A stretch of DNA of 64,000 nt from Hypanus sabinus (GCF_030144855.1 NC_082731.1:25916001-25980000); one strand, 5' to 3'. Positions 48,629 through 63,800 are shown, numbered from the stretch's first letter. Numbers and translations: made by a program. The notes: generated from the letters alone by a model not told the origin.

Positions 48629-50384
48629 CACATGAACTTCCAAATCTTCATCCCTAAGTCTGTTTTTGCTTTCTCTACTTTTCGGCCCTTTGATGGGCTT
48701 GGCAAAAGTAAGCTATAGCTTATAAGTACAACCCCTGTCCTATTTATGATCAGCCTTTGTCATGCTTAACTTTGATTACAGTGATACAAAGTTGCTACAA
48801 TGGCATCCAGCCAATTCATATGAATACAAACCAATGCTTAGGGCATTATTCTAGCTACAGAGTCATACATTTTCGTAACTTACTGGAGAATTTGGAAGAA
48901 TGATTCCTTGGAAGAGTTTTTAAAATGACTTTAATTCTGCAAACAATGTTTCATTTCTTATTTCAGGCTGGTAAAACCAACGTCCGGGCATAGCAGCACG
49001 GTAATTTATCAGTTTCTTGAAAGTTTCGGAATATTCCAATGGCTATTATGATTGTTACTGCTGTTACTCTTGTCTACTACTGTCTACTGGCAGCTGCCTA
49101 CTACTACTGCAAATTTGATGTTACTCCATTGAAGACTATATTCCAAATTGCGCGGATTAGGGTGGGGCTGATGTACCAGTAGCGGTTTGCCCACTTTGGG
49201 TCAAATTTGCCACTCTGGTTCCCTCTTGAATTAGGATGAAGTGCGTTAAAACAATGGTTCACATAGAGGAACATCTTGCGATGCAAAACAGGTATTTGTA
49301 AGCTGTATTTCATCAAAAATCGAAGGAACCTGTGGGGTGGTATTGGAGGAACTACTTGGGGTATACTAATAAGGAGAGAGTGCTATAATGTGGCCCTTGG
49401 GTATTTTGGTGTAGGTTTTTAAGTGTGGGGTATTGTGGTGTATACACAGAAAATACTGTGTGATTGGATTCAAATGACCGTACAACCGAGTGAGTAAAAC
49501 AATATAATGTTCAAAGGTATTATTTTGCATGCACCTGCTGACTTGGTCAAGGTGGATGGGATTGGCAGAGTAAATGCCGCATCATGAATGTTAAAATCAA
49601 TAATCACAACAAATCTTGCGCTGAAGGACACTGCCAACAACAGTGCAGAGAAATTAATTATAAATCATTAGTCTGAAATTCATTGCCGAATTTCACAATT
49701 GAGGTAATTTCAGTTTTCCTCCAATATTCCTACAATACTACAGAAATCTATTCGACCAACCAGCTCTAGTGAAATGCAACAGCGGTTCCAGCAATATCAA
49801 AGCCCACTCCGATTTGCACTCAGGTGCCTTTCAAAGCGTGGCTCATGCACTATTTGTCGACAATAGGAGTGATTGACTATAGACCGAGGTGTCAAGTCAT
49901 AGTCGTGTAGAGCAGGAAAAACAGCCTTCGACTGCTGATGTGCATTCCAACACGCTGACCCATCTGCACGGATACTGTTTGCTGCAGTAAGGACAGCGTT
50001 TACGCGATGGCATGCCGAAAGTCCTGGACTGAATGTCCCTGAAAAGAATTTGTTATATCTGACTCCACCACCTGGACTGGGTTCAAGTTCTAAATGAGAA
50101 ACATGCTATTTATATAGTATGTGGTATTTCGGCTGGAAGAAATTGCACTTAAGAAGAAGAAGAAGCACATAGTTGCAATACTGAGCGAATAGAATGCAGG
50201 TTGCTGAAATTGAGGGATGTCTCAATATCGAATATCTGGCGGGCTGCTAATGTGTTTTTAATTCAATAAAAACACAGTAAGTTCCAGATGGTGTTGCTAA
50301 TACGTGTGGGGAAAGGTTCTGTTTATTGCTGGACGGCTAATATTGTGACTGATCACAGTCTCTTTCCCCCAGGGCAGAGTTATC

Positions 50385-51030
50385 TAAATAGTAAGCATGA
50401 CATTTTTGTCGGAGGTCATGTCTGAAAAATCATTTATGTTTTTGAGGATGTGACCAAGTGTAGTAGGAGGACAACGTGCCCACAGCCCTATGGTCAGAAC
50501 GAAGAATCCAAAGTGAAATAGTAAATTGATAAAATCTTTCCTCATTGGAAGGAAGCAGAGGTTGTGATTGGATATTACATATCTTAGGAGTCATGTAATC
50601 AGTTCTTTTCTGCGCAGTTCAGTATTCGGTTCTCCAGTATACCTGTTTGGAAGGAAATTTGGCACCGTTACAGTTGATGCCCTACATAGTGCGGTAGTGA
50701 GAAGTGAATAAGTTTCGTTAAGTTTACCTTAGAGCGGTCCATTGTGAAATTGAGCAAGGAAATGGCAGTTAGTATTTATTTCGATAAATTGTTAAATGGC
50801 GCATTTTGGGAAACTAACAGATATACGAAATTAACACCAGTGCCTTGGCAGGTAATTAGATAACTATATAGTGGAATCATAATTCCGTAAAAGAGACGAC
50901 TCAGGCAAACATTTGGACAGGTACATGAGGAGAAAATGTTTGGAGGGAAATGGGACAAACACAGACAAATTGAATTGGTTTAAAGTACATATGGATCTGT
51001 ATAAACGAGACGGGCCGAAGAGTTTGTCTC
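50385..51030 (+). mobile_element. CR1 fragments (paralog of 9325-9985)
   Basis: Collinear with copy A. Confidence 0.6.
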
Positions 51031-51290
51031 CGCCAAAATAACCGTGAGGTCGTAAGTGTAAAGTTAAAAGGACAAATGGGCTTTTGCGGCAGAATCATAT
51101 TTCTCTGATTCAATAAGAGTATTATTTATATTGCATTATATTACAAGATAACTATGCCTTGAATATGCAGGTGTATCTTAAGATGCAAACTATACAGATG
51201 TATCATTGTTTTCCTTGAAACTCCTTTGCATAGAGCAACTATTTGAGACTCTGAGCCCGAGCATTAACGGTAAGTGCTCCTTAGCTACAG

Positions 51291-51586
51291 ATAGAGAATG
51301 CTGAAGGATCTCAGTAGGCCAGGCAGCAGCGATGGTAGAGAGTACAGTCAAAGTTTCTGCTGAAGAGAATCGTTGCGTAACCACGACTGCACACTGCTGC
51401 CTGGCCTCCGAAGATCCTCGAGCATTTTGTGTGCTCCTTGGATTTCTAGCACATGCAGATTTTCTCTCATTTTTTAATTTTCCTTTGCTTCACTGCGGTG
51501 TTCTGAAGGACCATAATTCTATGAATTATTTGGACACTACTGTTAAGACCTCATTTGGCACTGATACTACGCTGGCGGACTTGTTT
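51291..51586 (+). pseudogene. Candidate decayed constant exon, copy B
   Basis: 296 bp between ctccttagctacAG and GTAAGT (51587). Contains TTTAHCCLASEDPR and an early TGA. Confidence 0.25.
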
Positions 51587-51649
51587 GTAAGTTTCAATTC
51601 CGTATGTTTATGTTTCAGGTCATTTTCTGCCACCATCAGAACACAGCCC

Positions 51650-52960
51650 TCCCTCGGGTGTGTGCCTTTTACTGTTGAAAAGTGTTTTATTTTGTCGTTA
51701 GGTTGCATCAGGATCCCCTCGAATCCTCACATTAACTTACCTAAAACATAGATTAGATTCTGTTTTCTGCAGTTCCATGATTTTCCTTTGCAAACCATAG
51801 TAAATAAAGCACAGCGTTTACCATCTGATACCTCTGTACCCGCTGATATTGTTGATGCAAGTGTCTCACGTATGGGCTCCGGCAATTTCTTCTCCAGGCT
51901 CCAGTGATACGCTTAGATATACGTTCCTTGTCAAACCCTGGCGTTCTATATACCTGCAGAAATGTTGGGACCTAGAGATTCTCTTCTATTGTAATACAGA
52001 CTGTCACCATGAACTTCCACCTTACATTAACTGGGTCTGAAGCCAAGACTTTCCGTGCGGTAAAATTCGAAAAAAACCCTACTTATTTAGGTCCTTGTAT
52101 ATTTACAATAGGACCATGTGAATACACCTCTAATCGTCTTCGAGGAGCCCAACTCTCCCATTTGTTTTGTCTTGTTATGCCTTCAAAAGGCTTAAATTTG
52201 CTTTTGGATCTCCTTAAGTTACTCTACCAAGGCTGTCTCATTTCGCAATGATTATTGCTACCTCCCTACATCGTGGCGTCCCCAATATTGTTCCAGCTAA
52301 TCAATCGAACCCAGCTACAACTAACTGACCGATATTTCCTGCTTTTTCCACGCCAGAGCATCAATATCCACATCATATGGTGTATCCTTCCCCCTATTAT
52401 TCTTACCCTTCACTACTACAGGAACATGAATACCTTGATCTATCAATATATCACTTTTAAGGCCTTCTCCTTTCTGTGGTCCTTTTAGACACCACCAGAC
52501 TGCTTCAAACATTACTCCAATAAATCTTTGCAAGCATCTTTCTCTGGCGTCTAAATTTGCCTTACTCCAATTTAAAACTTGAAAGTGTGGATTGGTTCTG
52601 AGACTTTCCAGCGTTATGTAAAAACTAATAGACCTATGATCAGTGGTCCCAAAGTGCTCCCGCAATAATACATCAGTCACAATCCGGGCACCAGTACCTC
52701 AGAGCAAGTCAAGGTTTGCCCCCTTCTTCGTAAAGTTCTCTGTACTTTTCCCAAATGGATAATGCCTCAACGTACTTAACAACTTATATCCTGTCAGAAA
52801 CGCTCAATGGATAATAGATCAATAATGTCATTGTTACCTTTTACTGGGAAATCCCCGGTAATCAAAATGCCATCTCCCCTCCTCTTTTTTCTACTCTGCC
52901 TAAAGCATCGGTATCCTGGAAGGTTTAATTGGATGTCATATCCTTCCCTTAGCTATATTT
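51650..52960 (-). mobile_element. CR1 fragment (paralog of 10790-12060)
   Basis: 52321-52680 minus reads LREHFGTTDHRSISF..VLNWSKANL. Confidence 0.65.
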
Positions 52961-54433
52961 GCTTAATTGCTATGCAAGCATGCCAGTCGCATGTAACTAT
53001 AAAAGAACTAAGTTTACACCATTTGTGTTGAACTAAATAAAGTCCATTCCAATAGGCCTTTTTTTCTCCATTTCATTATTCTTTCTGACGTTCCTATAAA
53101 ACTTTTTGTCACTGACATGCAGCACATCCAGCCTGACATTTTCCTGTCTCCAGTCTGATAATGACCACATATAAATCTTGGTTTAAATTAGCAGTAGAAA
53201 ATCTGTCTGTCGGGAGGTTGCAGGTGTAAACTGTCATTCATGTACTAGTCCACACACGCTCCACACTTCATACGGAGTCCCAATAGATTCAAACTATCAG
53301 TGCTTCCAACGCTCGTTCTTTTTCAGACATGCCTTTATCTGCCATATACTCATACGTCGCTTCATATCCCGTAACAGTAGAAGTAATCCTGAGATTACTA
53401 CCCTCGAGGTCTTTCCCACCGATTGAGCGTTATCAAGTTTTTTTATGAATTCTGTTTTTGTTTGATCCGAATATGCCTTGCAGAAAGTGCAGAGGAGATG
53501 CATTTGGACGTTGCTTGGATCAGACTATTTTACTGATAAGCAGGGACCAGATGTGCGGGTTTATTCTTCATTGGTGTAAACAAAGCTAAGTGTCAATTTA
53601 AGTTTCTGATATTGAAAGACATTTGTGTGATGCATATTTTGCTTCTCATAGTAATATTATCAAAGGCATGATGCAAAGGCTTCGCGAAGAATTCACAAGG
53701 AGATCTAAATGTTAAGATTTATAAAGAGTTGCACGTTTAAAGCATGGTGAAAGATTAATTAGTTGAATAAAATGCCATAAAGGCTGCCCAATGCATTTAA
53801 ACATATAGTTCAATAAGAACTGCACAGACCTATACAAACAACAGCCTCCTATTACGTTTAGTGTGCCTAAAGCAAAAGGTTTGCATGGCCTAATCGGGCC
53901 AAGGAAGAATCGGCATGACAATTCGAGGGAAGAAATTACCGTGTCACAAATACAAAGGATTCTGCAGATGCTACAAATCCAGAATAAAACGGTCAAGATT
54001 CTGGTGATCTCAGCAGGTCAGGTAACATTTGTGGAGATGAATAAACCTTCAAGATTTCGGGCCGTATCCTCCTATATCATCTTACATGTGCTGCCTAACC
54101 CTATAAAACTCTTGTAAAAGTTACATAGAATGGAAATATCTGGACGTAAGCATTGAGCTTTGGAAGTTGTAAATCTTACCGAAGAGTTCCTTTGAGTTGT
54201 TGTGTGTGTATTTTTTCGTTTGCTTTTTTTTCTCCTATTCATGATCAATACGCTGTATCAGGGGAAGTCTTTGGCTGGTGTTTTTTTTCGTTTCCTGCAT
54301 TCAATTGACAACTGGAGATTTAATCCCAGAAATGTATTGGTTGCACACAACGGAAGATCTCTGGCCCAATGTTTCAATGGATGATTAATAAAGTCAACGT
54401 GATATGGGATGTCATTTTCTGTCCTGCTCCCAG

Positions 54434-54504
54434 CTGTATCGGTGAAGGTTACTATGCTTCATGTGCACATCAAGTTACTTCTTCTGAAGAACTGGATTCT
54501 GTGA
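54434..54504 (+). pseudogene. Candidate decayed TCR alpha/delta transmembrane exon, copy B
   Basis: Acceptor ttttctgtcctgctcccAG, then VSVKVTMLHVHIKLLLLKNWIL*. Confidence 0.38.
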
Positions 54505-56389
54505 CAGACTGCGGATTACAGCCTGAAATGCAAAGTCTACCTTCCTGGCCTACACGAAATATCACAGATTACCTTTAAAGCAAGAACTCTTTAAAAGGCT
54601 CAGAAGCTCAACGTCACGCAATTAGATTCCATCATCTTAAATAATTTTTTTCTCAATCTTACAAATCTGCATTGTTTAATTCCGAAACAATCACATATAA
54701 GAAATTACTGGTCTGCTTTACGACACGGCCATGGTCTCGAATGCATTGAATTATTTTTTTATTTCAGCCTCAGTTAGTCCAGAGCAAATAAACTGAAATT
54801 GCCATTTGAATCTGCCTTAATAGTTGAACTGATACAATATCAAAAATAATACACAAGCATTAGAAGTTGTAAGGGAAGATTTAAAGTAACACCAGACTTC
54901 CTACCTTTCCTTTTCACAGCTGTACATCCCAACTATTGTTTTTATCAAGACATTTTTAGTTGGTCTGAAACGTACGTGTTTCTTTAAATGTGTCTTTGAA
55001 ATACCCATTTGTAATTGCAACGAAAATTTAAAAATCGCATGCATTTTAGTTCTGTATTAATTAAAGGATACAATGAAATACAGTAAAGCAAAGAAAAGAA
55101 ATATTTCAAGCTTCGTACAAGCTTTCGAGTTAGAGATGAATGCCTAACATCATATTTTTTCTGAGCTCCATGTACCTAAACAGGAGTCTCTTAAAAGACC
55201 CTATGGTTTCCGCCTCCACAACTGTCGCCGCAGCCCATTCCACCCTCTCGCCACTCTCTGTGCAAAAGTCTTACCCATGACATCTCCTCTGTAACTACTT
55301 CAAAGCACCGTAAAACTGTGCCCTCTCGTGATAGCCATTTCATCCCTGGGAAAATATCTCTGGCTATCCACACGATCAATGGATATCAGCATCTTGTAGA
55401 CCTCTATCAGGTCATCTCTCATTGTGTAGAAGGTTGGTGTGGAATACAACAGTATATTAGCAAGATACAAAGCTGGGCTCTGAAATGGCACCGAACAGTA
55501 GCAGAGTTTTGGACCCCAAGATCCCTTTAATCCTCCACACTACTATGTATACTTCCATTATTCTTGTGCTCTTATGTCAAGTTCGATATTACTTCACACG
55601 TTTGTACTCACCTGTTTTGTTTTACTCCATCTCTATTCTCATACTCGCTTGATTGTGAACTTCTTATTGTAACGATAGAAGACTATCATTGAAAAGACAT
55701 TGTAGACTGTGTACTGGTCATCTCAAGTACTAACATATCATTTGCATTCACATAAATTCTTGACACCACCCCCGCCATCATAAACATTTAAAGATTATTG
55801 ATGGCAACTGAGTGCCTTGCTCGTGGTCATTTCAAGAGCAAAGCACATATGAAATGCAGCTTATACCTCATTACACGATTACACCTGTTGGTCCACCACA
55901 CACATTCCAAAACTCAACGCATTCCCTAAATCGCGCATGTCATTCATTTCCCTACAAACTATTCCGTCCAATAGGCAATAGCATGTTGGTGGAAACCAGA
56001 TCACCCTGCTCAAAACCAGGAATTGACAAAGAGAACAGGGAACCTGTACACACAGACAGCCCTCGAGGTCATGAACGAAAGCCGGCAGTCTGGGAAAACC
56101 ACGTTACAGACTGCACTACTCTGCCGTCCAAGGAAATTTATTCTCAACAAGAGTAAACATAGGTTCAGCGAACGTTTACAGCACTGATAGATGGCAGTTG
56201 GCTCAACAGATGCCTGCTGGAATTATCCATGAAAGATACATCTTGGCTTACTGTTTGACACAGTCGGTATGCCCTATTAATGTTGAGCAGAAAAGTTTTA
56301 TGCATTGGGAGACCATGTCTTTGAAAAGAAAAACGTTTTTTTTTAATGATGAGGGCGATGTGTGGTGTGGGTGGAACTGTGAATTCTGT

Positions 56390-57620
56390 CTTATCATCAT
56401 CATCAGGTGCCATGTCCTGTTTGACCGTTGATTCCCATGGCCCACATACTCCTGTTTCGTGTCAAGTGGGTCAATTCATTGGTATTCTATTCCAGCTTTC
56501 TGTCTGCTGACTCCATCATCATTTGTCTTTGCCTTCCTTTTGCTTTTATCCCTTCAATCTTTCCCACAATTACCGTGCATTCTAACTCTTTTCCCTAACC
56601 ACGTCCAATGAAGTCGCGTTGCCTTTTTATAATCTCATAAATAATTTTTGTTTTTGTGCTTGCTCTGTTCATGACATCCTCACTAGATATTCGTTTCCTC
56701 CATGATATTCTTTGCATCCTTCTCAAAAACCACATCTCTGCTTCTTCATTTCGTTCCATCATGTTACTAGATATTGTCCAACATTCTGAGGCATGTAACA
56801 TATCAGTGTTCTGAGTCATGCCTTGTTTAATGCGGTCAGTATACTCTTCATTCTCATAAAGTTGTCTTTTGCCATCCCTATTCTTCTTTGAATGTCCATG
56901 TCGCATCTGCCATCTAATATCACCCAGCTTCCTATCTAGCAAACTTTCTGTACTTTGTTTATGCCTTCCCCGTTTATTCTCAACCTACAGTTAGGATTCT
57001 CCTTGTTTTTGGATATGACCATACATTCTGTATTTCTGCAGTTGATAGATAGACCCATTTTTGCACTTTCTTCAATAACTATTTCAATTATGTTTTGAAG
57101 TTCTTGCTCCGTACTTGCAATGAGCACAGTGTCATCCGCATATCTAAAAGTATTGATGTTTTCACCGCCAACCTTGATCCCCAAGATGTCTCTTATTTTA
57201 GTGATATCGTTCCTTTGTACATATTAAACAAATCATGGGAGAAAACACACCCCTTTTCCAACGCCTCTCTTGATTTTAGTAAACTGACTCATTTTTCCAT
57301 TTTGTTCGGTATCTTGATTCCTGCCATTGTGCACACAAAACGATTGCAAAGGTTTCCACTATCCGTCACAACATTGACCCCTCAACCAACACGACAAAAT
57401 GCCAGATATATTTATACGTCATTACTGCTTCAGAGAGGTTACATTGTGTAACACCTTCCCTTCATTACAACAGTGACACCACTTCAATTTTATTTCTTCA
57501 TTGTCTGGGGAACTTGCTCTGATTTGTACTAAAGTCATGAAAGATGCTGACCGACTGTAAGTCACCTTGACAGGAGTGATCTTTGGTTTCTTTAGTAATT
57601 CTATCACAGCAGTTTATATT
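56390..57620 (-). mobile_element. RTE-clade LINE (paralog of 15548-16800)
   Basis: GIKVGGENINTFRYADDTV; (gat)n tail. Confidence 0.85.
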
Positions 57621-60600
57621 TGAAAGAGGATGCAAGATTTAGTACACGCAGAACCGCCGTCATCGTGTTGTGTAAACAACCTTACCCAGTGTGCTAGTCT
57701 ACGCCTTGGAGGCTCACTCCTGTGAGTTTTCTTTCACTATCGACACGTTCTGCAGCCCTTGTCACCGAACCGAGGGAGGAGTATGTTGTGACCAGCAACA
57801 ACTGGTTCTCCGCTTCCCCTGATCTTCATGCATCAAAATATATTTTCCTCTCACCGGGTAAGGCAAGTCAATAAACCTCCTAACACTGCTGAAGAGTGAT
57901 GTGCCCAGGACTTAGCAGTCAAATTAATTTGTTAGGCCTCTTAACAAGAACATTTCTCATCAGTATACATTACACGTATTTGTACCCAGGGATTTTTGTT
58001 TAATATTTATTATCCTTGTATGGGTGCAGACAGAAGATTTTGTGATTATTTTTTTGCTTCTTAATGCATTTTCTTACTCAGGGCAATGCCCCTCCGATCG
58101 CGTCCCTCAGGAAGTCATCTGTCCATTGACTTGTGTGTCCTAGCCCATGACTCTCAGCGCGATATCTATAAAAGTATCGGTGTCTCGCTGTTCCGGTTGC
58201 CCAGGACATGATACAGACAAAACGTACTTACCACCTGTTGGCCCCGGGATGTATGAGATCTTCGGCTGCTAATCTGCCAGACTGGATTTATTCTGCCTCC
58301 TTCACAGCCAACACTGAGCAGCTCAGGGAACATATGTGGTTTGAGAAACAGAGTTACTATTTCACATCAATAACCTTTAACCAATTCCTGTCAGTCAGTA
58401 CGCTGTTCCATTTTTTTTATTATTTTACTGAATATATTCTGATGAAATCAACTTGTCCTTCATTGACTTCTGTAAGCCCAAAATATTCCAGGGCTTTTCT
58501 CAAGTCATTAATTGCTTCTGCACTGTGTCACTTCATATGGGGATCACTTTTGTCTATTTTATCACTTATGAGGGCTGCTGGCCCTGAGCTAAACCCACGT
58601 TCCCGGAACTAGAGGACCTGTTTTTTCGCTATTAGAGTAGCCTCTACACTTTGACCGGTATGTCATGAGAGATCGTACCTCACGCCAGAGCGAAGACGCT
58701 CAGGGACATTGAGGCTTGGAAGGCTCCAAACCTCCAGAAGAAATGTGCTAAATGCCTACCACATATATCTCACTATTGTTCGTGTCGTTGAGTATATATA
58801 TTTGCATGTAATACTTTTTTAGTATTCCGAGCAATTTTCATCTCACTTTTTACGACTGATGGGATGCTTTGGATATGGCTCAGATGTGGCTCAATGCATG
58901 TTCTCTGTATTGCCTTGTATGATATATGAGGGATATTTAAACAAACTAGGACTGCATTGTCTTGAGCACTGAAGCCTGTCGACCAAGGTGGTGAAATATA
59001 TAATAACTTTAATGCCAAGTTTGAACCGTGAGATCGTCAGCCACATTGATTTACGATGAAAGAGAGTATACTAAAGAGGATACACAAGATATTTTTTTAA
59101 TGCGGACTGGAAGCATCTGGAACTTCAGCAGAAGTTTTGGAGTAGGATTAGATTGCTAAGTGATTCTTCACTGTGTCACTTCATATGAGGAACACTTCGT
59201 ACTTTTTTTCATTTGTTATGCTTGTTGGCCCTGAGCTGAACCCCAGCCCACGTACATAAATGACCGGTCTATCACTTTTAGCGCAGCCACCACAATTAAA
59301 TCTGTTTGGCATAAGTGATCCTACGAGGTGCCAGAGCTCAAGGCCGTCAGGGGCCTTGAGGCAAGCAAGCATTCAAACCCTACAAGCCTTTGCACCTCTG
59401 GAAGGAGTGTGCAGAATGAAGCTACAGTATATATCCCGTTATCGTTCGTGTAAATGAGTATAAATGTAAGCAAGTATGATTATAGTTCTATAAATGTTTT
59501 GCTCAACATTTTTAGCATTGCGAGCAGTTTTCGTTGACATATTTGAGGAAGGATGTGAGGTTTTGGAAGTGGCACAGAGGTGGGTCACTTGTATTTTATC
59601 TGGATTGGCTTGTATGCCATATAAGTGAGTTTAAACAAAATAGGATTGTATTATCTTGAGCATTAAAGCCTGTCGACAACCTGGTGAAATATATAATTTC
59701 ACAGGAAGATAATCACTGTTTTTATGCCAAGGTGGAACCGTGAAATGGTACACGAGGTTTTTTTTTTAAATGCGAAGACTGAAAGTATCTGGAACTTCGG
59801 CAGAACATATGGAAGCCGATCCTTTTGCAACATCTAAGAGGCAATGTCGTAGACGATGCATCATGTAGGGAATAGGACGATATGCAGCTTAAAAATAGCA
59901 TCATGATTGCCACAGACAGGCGTGAGCTAAACTGGCATTGCCTTTACAGTTCTATATATAAGTGCTGAACTACACTAATGTGTTATAGTCTTAGATTATT
60001 AAACTCATAACGGGCTGTCTGTGAAATGTAATGCTTGTGTCATTACGTCCCCGGAAACAGATTTTTCCCTTAATAAATTCAACATAAAACAGACGTTGGG
60101 ATTTCAAAAATAAATCTGTAAACGCTCACGAGGTCAGGTCGTATCCACGACGAGTAAGAATCGCCAGTTAACGTTTCAGTTCAAAAAAGACCACCGTCAG
60201 AAGTTGGAACGAGAAAGTGGAAGCATTGTGGAGCAAGTGTTTGGGTGCGGATGTAATATACACGTTGACATAGAAATGGCCCTTATAAAGTAATTGTCTA
60301 ATCATAGTTTGAGAATAAATACACGAACAGATTAACATATAAAATAATCTACTGAAGTCCAAATACAGAGAAGGAAGAAATGCCCAATAGTCCAGGATTG
60401 CCAACATTATTACCCTTAAAAGTACTGACAGAGGTGGAAGTAACATAATACCTCAGTGTGAAACATTTCACCGTAGAGGATGACGTGGAAGAGAATCAGA
60501 GTGTTTTACGGTACATGAACGGGATTTTTCAGCCGGCCGATATGTCTAAATACAATCATTTCATTTGCAGTTATTTCACCCTATCAATTTCCTGCCTTTC

Positions 60601-60820
60601 TTATTCATTCACATTCACAATTGCCTTTAAAAATTGCCTATTGTATGAGCTGCAAAGGCTTATCTAGTAACTATTTGGAAATAACCATAGCCCCCTGTAT
60701 GGGGTAATATCGCTAAGATATTCTTTAATTTCCGGCCCTCTCATCATAAACCTGTGCCCTCTGGTTGTAACCTCGTCCGCCCTGGGAAACGAGCTCTGAC
60801 GGCATCTGTCCTGCTCACGG

Positions 60821-63800
60821 TTTTCTTTCCAATATGTTTTATTAAGTTACGTATAAGAATATAGACTACAAGAAAAAATATATATGTATCAATATACTAT
60901 ACTAAATCGCATACAGACTATTTTCCCTGTATTCATACAGATTAGTTCATGCATTACCTTGAAGTACAGTAATTTTATTATATAAAAAATCTAACCCACT
61001 ACTAAGTCCGAAGCTGATTAGTAAAGAAAAAAAGGAAATTAAATTATTAGTCATCATCTGTACTTTAACAGCAAATCAAAGCATTTGAATATAATTTAGA
61101 AAAGATCCCCAAAATGTTTGAAGCTGTTATCTATATACAGAGATTGAACTTCGAATCTTCTCTAAATTTAACCATGACATCATATCACGTATCCATTGGG
61201 CGTGAAAAGGAGGGGCCGCATCTTTCAATTTAAGCAAGTGTGTTCATCTGGCCATAAGAGACAAAAGCAAAAATGTCCAAGTCAGATGACTGCAGAATAA
61301 TATCCTTTCCTGCAACAATACTAAATAAAGTGGTGAAAGGATTAGGCTTAAAGTTTATCTTGAAAACATCGAGAAAGTTTGAAATACTTCATTCCAATAT
61401 TTTCCCTGACTCGGACATGTGCAAAACATATGAATGAGTGAAGCTTCTCCATTATTGCATTTATCACAGTACGGAGATATATCTAAATAAAACGGAGACA
61501 ATGTATCCTTAGTCATATGGGGCTAATGGACCACATTAAATTGTAGAACAGAATGGCGGGTATATAAAGATGAAGTGATAACCAATTCAGCAATTTGATT
61601 CCAAATTTCCTCAGACATTGAAATCTGTAAATCTTGTTCCCAAACATTTTTAATTGTATCTAAAGGAACGCTTCTCATTCCCAAAAGCATATTATAAACA
61701 TTAGATTTAGATCCATTATAAAAATGTTTCAAATTAAAAATTACATCCAGTAGATTCTTATCAGGACTTTTAGGAAATGTACTTATTTGAGACCGAAAAG
61801 AATCCCTTATTTGTCGGTATCGAAAGAAATAAGTTTTGAGTTTACTATATATTTGACGGTTGACAGATGTTCAAAAGAAAAGAGACTTCCCTCTACTGAC
61901 GAGACCTGAAAGCTTTAATACCTAACCTATCCCTGTCTTTGACAGCCACGTCAAACATAGACGGTTTCAAAAAATTATCAGAAAAAAATGGGACTCGAAA
62001 GGGAAAAGCTCAAGAGTCAAAGTATTTTCGGAATTTTATCCAAATTCTCATAGTGTGCTTAACTACCAGAATATCAGTTAACTTACTCAAATACAAAGGA
62101 AGTGAGGATCCAATAAGAGAAATAATAGAAATTTTATGAACAGAGTTAGCTTCTAAATAAACCCACATCGGTGAATCTTCACGATTAATGTAATATAACC
62201 AAAATATAAGATTTTTTATATTAACTGCCCAATAATAAAATATAAAATTTGTTAAAGCTAATCCTTCATTCTTTTTATCTTTCTGAAGATGAGTGTTATT
62301 TAATCTGGAACGCTTGTTCTTCCATTTATAAGAATATAACAGAGTTCAGAGACTCAAAAAAAAAAAGATTTAGGAATAAAAACAGTCAATGCCTGAAAAA
62401 GATATATAAATTTCGATCATATATTCATTTTGATAGAGTTAATTCGACCAATCAGCGGTAAAGAAAGAAGAGACCAATTTGATAGTATCCTTTTTACGTG
62501 GTTCAATAGGGTAAGAATTTTTTTCTTTAATTATCACTTATAGTTTTTTGTAATTGATACAACTAAGTAGGTAAATTGGTTTCATAAATTTTTAAAAGGA
62601 AGTTTAGAGTTTGTTGGTATCAAATTATTCAAAGGGAAAAGTTCACATTTATTTAAGATCAAACAGGAGAGAAAACAAAGCGCATGGGGTAACAAAGTCT
62701 CAACGTTAGAAATAAATAGCAGTTGATTATCACGGTACAGCGAGATTATGTGAATAGTGTCTATTCTTAACACTCCAGTGATATCATTAGATTCTCCAAA
62801 GGCAATGGCTATGGGTTCGAAGGCCAGATCAAAAAGCAAAGGACAGCCCTGTCTAGTGCCACGTTGAAGCTTAAATGGTTTGAAATTATGAGAATTGGTG
62901 ATAGCCCTAGGTAAAGGAACTATATAATGTAATTTAATCGATGGAATGAAAACGTGTCCAAAATTGCATTTTTTTTAAAGATTTAGATAAATAATTCCAT
63001 TCAAATCGGTAGAAAGCTTTCTCAGCATCTAGGGATACTACACATTCCGATATCATGATAGAAGGAGAGTTTAAAAAACAACATTTAATAACCGACGAAT
63101 ATCAAATTGAGTCTATCGATTTTTTTATGTAAAGTTTGGTTATTGGAAATGACAGATAGTAAAATATTTTCAATCCTATGGGCCAAAGCGTTAGATAGGT
63201 TCTTAGTATCAATATTAAGTAAAGGAAGAGTTCTATAAGAAGAGCATTCAGTTGGATCATCATTCTTTTTTAAGAATAAGCAAAATGGAAGTCTCATAAA
63301 ATGATTAATGGAGTCTGCACGACTTGAATGAGTCGGAAAAATCCGAACATAAATTAGATATAAGCAGTGAGGAAAAGATCTTGTGAAAATCTCCAGAAAA
63401 TCTATCTGGACCCGGAGATTTATTTAAACGTAATGAGTGGACAGACTCAACAATTTCCTCAAACTTTACAAGAATGGTTTCAGTAGCAATCCGAAAATAT
63501 ATATTAAACCCAAATAACAAACCTTGAGATATATTATCTAAGCAACAGAACAGACTAGTCAAGATTCCCAAATGAGCTTCAAAATAAAAGAGCCCCCTCC
63601 CCCTCCCTCGTCCCAAAGAGAGAAAATCGATAAAAGAACCACCGCTATCTCGCGCCACTGAAGACATCCCCACAGAAACCCTATTCGAACTGCTTCAAAG
63701 AATTCAAGGTTAACTACTGTTCCAACCAGGACAAAATAAAATTAAATAAAAAACAAGCTGAGACAGGTTTATCGAACAGAAAGAGCAATTATTCTCACTG

